Assembly: GCA_964016885.1 (NCBI GenBank)
Contig: OZ024743.1
Coordinates: forward strand, 210,800,001-210,864,000
DNA: 64,000 nt
Reading direction: 5' to 3'
DNA from: Eledone cirrhosa
Taxonomy: Eukaryota
The stretch's first letter is position 1. Each line of letters starts with the position of its first letter. This document shows positions 58,177-64,000 of this stretch, one piece after another. A program made the translations under genes and the position numbers. The notes under the pieces were generated by a model, which ran no database searches, was not told the DNA's origin, and saw only the letters and a program-made list of their open reading frames with translations.

Positions 58177-61100
58177 TCCCCAGATGAAAGCTCTTCACTC
58201 CATAAGATATACCACAGTTTAAAATCCTGTAGCCAGATGAAAGCTCTTCACCCCATAAGATATACCACACTTTACCATCCTATAGCCAGATGAAAGCTCT
58301 TCACTGCATAAGATATACCAGAGTTTACCATCCTATAGACACAGATGAAAGCTGTTCACTCCATAAGATATACCACAGTTTACCATCCTATAGCCACACA
58401 TGAAAGCTCTTCACTCCATAAGATATACCACAGTTTACCATCCTATAGCCAGATGAAAGCTCTTCACTCCATAAGATATACCACAGTTTACCATCCTAAA
58501 GCCACACATGAAAGCTCTTCACTCCATAAGATATACCACAGTTTACCATCCTATAGCCACACATGAAATCTCTTCACTACATAAGATATACCACAGTTTA
58601 CCATCCTGTAGCCAGATGAAAGCTCTGCACTCCATAAGATATACCACAGTTTACCATCCTATAGCCACACATGAAAGCTCTTGACACCATAAGATATACC
58701 ACAGTTTACCATCCTATAGCCAGATGAAAGCTCTTCACTCCATAAGATATACCACAGTTTACCATCCTATAGCCACAGATGAAAGCTCTTCACTCCATAA
58801 CATATACCACAGTTTACCACCCTAAAGCCAGATGAAAGCTCTTCACTCCATAAGATATACCACAGTTTACCATCCTATAGCCACAGATGAAAGCTCTTCA
58901 CTCCATAAGATATACCACAGTTTACCATCCTATAGCCACACATGAAAGCTCTTCACTCCATAAGATATACCACAGTTTACCATCCTATAGCCAGATGAAA
59001 GCTCTTCACTCCATAAGATATACCACAGTTTAAAATCCTGTAGCCAGATGAAAGCTCTTCACCCCATAAGATATACCACACTTTACCATCCTATAGCCAG
59101 ATGAAAGCTCTTCACTGCATAAGATATACCAGAGTTTACCATCCTATAGCCACAGATGAAAGCTCTTCACTCCATAAGATATACCACAGTTTACCATCCT
59201 ATAGCCACACATGAAAGCTCTTCACTCCATAAGATATACCACAGTTTACCATCCTATAGCCAGATGAAAGCTCTTCACTCCATAAGATATACCACAGTTT
59301 ACCATCCTATAGCCACAGATGAAAGCTCTTCACTCCATAACATATACCACAGTTTACCACCCTATAGCCATATGAAATCTCTTCACTCCATAAGATATAC
59401 GAATTTACCATCCTAAAGCCACAGATGAAAGCTCTCCACTCCATAAGATATACCACAGTTTCACATCCTATAGCCACACATGAAAGCTCTTCACTCCATA
59501 AGATTTACCACAGTTTACCATCATATAGCCACGGATGAATGCTCTTCACTCCATAAGATATACCACAGTTTACCATCCTATAGCCACAGATAAAAGCTCT
59601 TCACCCCATAAGATATACCACAGTTTACCATCCTATAGCCAGATGAAAGCTCTTCACTCCATAAGATATACCACAGTTTACCATCCTATACCCAGATGAA
59701 AGCTCTTCACTCCATCAGATATACCACAGTTTACCATCCTATAGCCACACATGAGAGCTCTTCACTCCATAAGATATACCACAGTTTACCATCCTATGGC
59801 CACACATGAGAGCTCTTCACTCCATAAGATATACCACAGTTTACCATCCTATGGCCACACATGAAAGCTCTTCACCCCATAAGATATACCACAGTTTACC
59901 ATCCTATGGCTACACATGAAAGCTCTTCACTGCATAAGATATACCACAGTTTACCATCATATGGCAATACATGAAAGCTCTTCACTCCATAAGATATACC
60001 ACAGTTTACCATCATATAGTCACAGATGAAAGCTCTTCACTCCATAAGATATACCACAGTTTACTATCCTATAGTCACAGATGAAAGCTCTTCACTCCAT
60101 AAGATATACCACAGTTTACCATCCTATACCCAGATGAAAGCTCTTCACTCCATAAGATATACCTCAGTTTACCAACCTATAGCCACTGATGAAACTCTTC
60201 ACTCCATAAGATATACCACAGTTTAAAATCCTGTAGCCAGATGAAAGCTCTTCACTCCATAAGATATACCACAGTTTACCATCCTATAGCCACAAATGAA
60301 AGCTCTTCACTCCATAAGATATACCACACTTTACCATCCTATAGCCAGATGAAAGCTCTTTACTCCATAAGATATACCACAGTTTACCATCCTATGGCCA
60401 CACATGAAAGCTCTTCACCCATAAGATATACCACAGTTTACCATCCTAGAGCCAGATGAAAGCTCTTCACTCCATAAGATATACCACAGTTTACCATCCT
60501 ATAGCCACACATGAAAGCTCTTCACTCCATAAGATATACCACAGTTTACCATCCTATAGCCACACATGAAATCTCTTCACTACATAAGATATACCACAGT
60601 TTACCATCCTGTAGCCAGATGAAAGCTCTTCACTCCATAAGATATACCACAGTTTACCATCCTATTGCCACACATGAAAGCTCTTCGTTCCATAAGATAT
60701 ACAACAGTTTACCATCCTATAGCCACTCATGAAATCTCTTCACTACATAAGATATACCACAGATTACCATCCTGTAGACAGATGAAAGCTCTTCACTCCA
60801 TAAGATATACCACAGTTTACCATCCTATAGCCACAGATGAAACTCTTCACTCCATAATTTATACCGCAGTTTACCATCCTATAGCCAGATGAAAGCTCTT
60901 CACTCCATAAGATATACGACAGTTTACCATCCTATAGCCAGATGAAAGCTCTTCACTCCATAAGATATACCACAGATTACCACCCTATAGCCACACATGA
61001 AAGCTCTTCACTCCATAAGATATACCACAGTCTACTATCCTATTGCCACACATGAAAGCTCTTCACTCCATAAGATATACCACAGTTTACCACCCTATAG

Positions 61101-61449
61101 CCCCAGATGAAAGCTCTTCACTCCATCAGATATACCACAGTTTACCATCCTATAGCCACAGATGAAAGCTCTTCACTCCATAAGATATACCACAGTTCAC
61201 CACCCTATAGCCAGATGAAAGCTCTTCACTCCATAAGATATACCACAGTTTCACATCCTATAGCCACACATGAAAGCTCTTCACTCCATAAGATATACCA
61301 CAGTTTACCATCCTATAGCCAGATGAAAGCTCTTCACTCCATAAGATATACCACAGTTTACCATCCTATACCCAGATGAAAGCTCTTCACTCCATCAGAT
61401 ATACCACAGTTTACCATCCTATGGCCACACATGAAAGCTCTTCACTCCA

Positions 61450-64000
61450 TAAGATATACCACTGTTTACCATCCTATAGCCACAGATGAAAGCTCTTCAC
61501 CCCATAAGATATACCACAGTTTACCATCCTATGGCCACACATGAAAGCTCTTCACTCCATAAGATATACCACAGTTTACCATCCTATAGCCACAGATGAA
61601 AGCTCTTCACTCCATAAGATATACCACAGTTTCCCATCCTATAGCCACACATGAAAGCTCTTCACTCCATAAGATATACCACAGTTTACCATCCTATAGC
61701 CACAGATGAAAGCTCTTCACTCCATAAGATATACCACAGTTTCCCATCCTATAGCCACAGATGAAAGCTCTTCACTCCATAGGATATACCACAGTTTACC
61801 ATCCTATAGCCACACATGAAAGCTCTTCACTCCATAAGATATACCACAGTTTACCATCCTATGGCCACAGATTAAAGCTCTTCACTCGATAAGATATACC
61901 ACAGTTTACCATCCTATAGCCACACATGAAAACTCTTCACTCCATAAGATATACCACAGTTTACCATCCTATAGGCACAGAAGAAAGCTCTTCACTCCAT
62001 AAGATATACCACAGTTTACCATCCTATGGCCACACATGAAAGCTCTTCACCCATAAGATATACCACAGTTTACCATCCTTTCGCAAGATGAAAGCACTTC
62101 ACTCCATAAGATATACCACAGTTTACCATCCTATAGCCACCCATGAAAGCTCTTCACTCCATAAGAGATACCACATTTTACCATCCTATAGCCACACAAG
62201 AAAGCTCTTCACTCCATAAGATATGCCACAGTTTACCATCCTATGGCCACACATGAAAGCGCTTCACGCCATAAGATATACCACAGTTTACCATCCTATG
62301 GCCACACATGAAAGCGCTTCATGCCATAAGATATACCACAGTTTACCATACTATAGCTACACATGAAAGCTCTTCACTCCATAAGATATGCCACAGTTTA
62401 CCCTCCTATAGCCACACATGAAAGCTCTTCACTCCATAAGATATACCACAGTTTACCATCCTATAGCCACACATGAAAGCTCTTCACTCCATAAGATATA
62501 CCACAGTTCACCATCCTATAGCCACATGAAAGCTCTTCACTCCATAAGATATACCACAGTTTCCCATCCTATAGCCACACATGAAAGCTCTTCACTCCAT
62601 AAGATATAACACAGTTTACCATCATATAGCCACAGATGAAAGCTCTTCACCACATAAGATATACCACAGTTTACCATCCTATTGCCAGATGAAGGCTCTT
62701 CACTCCACAAGATATACCACAGTTTACCATCCTATAGCCACAGATGAAAGCTCTTCACTCCATAGGATATACCACAGTTTACCATCCTATAGCCACACAT
62801 GAGAGCTCTTCACTCCATAAGATATACCACAGTTTACCATCCTATAGCCACACATGACAGCTCTTCACTCCATATGATATACGACAGTTTACCATCAAAT
62901 GGCCACACATGAAAGCTCTTCACTCCATAAGATATACCACAGTTTACCATCCTATGGCCATACATGAAAGCTCTTCACTCCATAAGATATACCACAGTTT
63001 ACCATCCTATAGCCACACATGAAAGCTCTTTAACCCATAAGATATACCACAGTTTACCTTCCTATAGCCAGATGAAAGCTCTTCACTCCATAGGATATAC
63101 CACAGTTTACCAACCTATAGCCACAGATGAAAGCTCTTCACTCCATAAGATATTCCACAGTTTACCGTCCTATAACCACACATGAAAGCTCTTCACTCCA
63201 TAAGATGTACCACCTTTTACCATCCTATAGCCACAGATGAAAGCTGTTCACTCCATAAGATATACCACAGTTTACCATCCTATATCCAGATGAAAGCTCT
63301 TCACTCCATAAGTTATACCACAGTTTACCATCCTATAGCCACAGATGAAAGCTCTTCACTCCATAGGATATACCACAGTTTACCATCCTATGGCCACAGA
63401 TGAAAGCTCTTCACTCCATAAGATATACCACAGTTTAACATCCTATAGCCACAGATGAAAGCTCTTCACTCCATAAGTTATACCACAGTTTACCATCCTA
63501 TAGCCAGATAAAAGCTCTTCACTCCATAAGATATACCACAGTCTACCATCTTATAGCCACACATGAAGGCTCTGTAACCCATAAGATATACCACAGTTTA
63601 CCATCCTATAGCCACACATGAGAGCTCTTCACTCCATAAGATATACCACAGTTTACCATCCTATAGCCACAGATGAAAGCTCTTCACTCCATAAGATATA
63701 CCACAGTTTACCATCCTATAGCCACAGATGAAAGCTCTTCACTCCATAAGATATACCACAGTTTACCATCCTATAGCCAGATGAAAGCTTTTCACTCCAT
63801 AAGATATACCACAGTTTACCATCCTATAGCCACAGATGAAAGCTCATCACTCCATAAGATACACCCCAGATTACCATCCTATAGCCACATATGAAAGCTC
63901 TTCACTCCATAAGATATACTACAGTTTACCATCCTATAGCCACACATGAAAGCTCTTCACTCCATAAGATATACCACAGTTTACCATCCTGTAGCCACAC
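61450..64000. repeat. More diverged, less HOR-structured portion of the satellite
   Basis: Many apparent singleton variants: ATTAAAG 61871, ATAGGCACAGAAG 61971, CAAATGGCC ~62896, TCTGTAACCC 63571 and ACACCCCAGA 63861. The last TTTAAAATCC marker is at 60222. Confidence 0.7.

Larger units (their letters stand above)
1..64000. repeat. Tandem satellite DNA array, 53/55-bp monomer, ~1,180 copies, single orientation, runs off both window ends
   Basis: The consensus 55-mer is exact at 244-298 (CACAC end) and 189-243 (CACAG end); a 53-mer ending GCCAG lies at 136-188. The same unit is read on every line through 64000. No non-repeat sequence or reverse-complement monomer was seen. Confidence 0.99.

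Noticed and set aside
574-63894. About 100 short ORFs encoding MKALHSIRYTTVYHPIAT.../HESSSLHKIYHSLPSYSQ repeats
   Set aside because: Nearly every monomer begins with ATG and two of the three + frames are open. ORF length therefore depends only on the order of 55- and 53-mers (55+53 = 36 codons). The third frame has TGA and TAA, and frame is not maintained along the array.
1-64000. CRISPR array
   Set aside because: There are no unique spacers, since the entire unit is repeated. No leader or cas genes are present.
1-64000. Telomerase-synthesised telomeric repeat
   Set aside because: Despite the strand skew, the unit is much longer than telomerase repeats I know. Ordered, inherited variants and kb-scale duplications indicate recombinational amplification rather than copying from one template.
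1-64000. Embedded transposon, inversion, tRNA/5S unit or promoter (TATA in GATATAC and CCTATAG)
   Set aside because: No non-repeat or reverse-orientation segment was seen on reading. There is no cloverleaf or Pol III box, and the TATA tetramers do not match TATAWAW. A very short insertion could have been missed by eye.

Overview
The whole 64 kb window is one uninterrupted, head-to-tail tandem satellite array in a single orientation. It holds about 1,180 monomers (64000/~54.3). The consensus is ATGAAAGCTCTTCACTCCATAAGATATACCACAGTTTACCATCCTATAGC followed by CACAC or CACAG (55 bp) or CAG (53 bp); rarer monomers of 52, 54, 56 and 57 bp also occur. The consensus is 40% GC, strongly C-over-G skewed on the + strand and has no CpG. 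I see no genes, RNA genes, transposon insertions, inversions, CRISPR spacers or unique sequence, and all listed ORFs are translations of the repeat. The informative structure lies above the monomer. Diagnostic variant monomers recur in a conserved order (a degenerate, variable-length higher-order repeat). This pattern is overlaid by many recent tandem and nested duplications with offsets of 270 bp to 4.6 kb. Private variants divide the array into regional subfamilies, and the last ~2.5 kb is more diverged. The most likely identity is eukaryotic satellite DNA (heterochromatic, centromeric or subtelomeric). I do not recognise the family or the organism. All positions and counts were read by eye and cross-checked against the ORF-track offsets.
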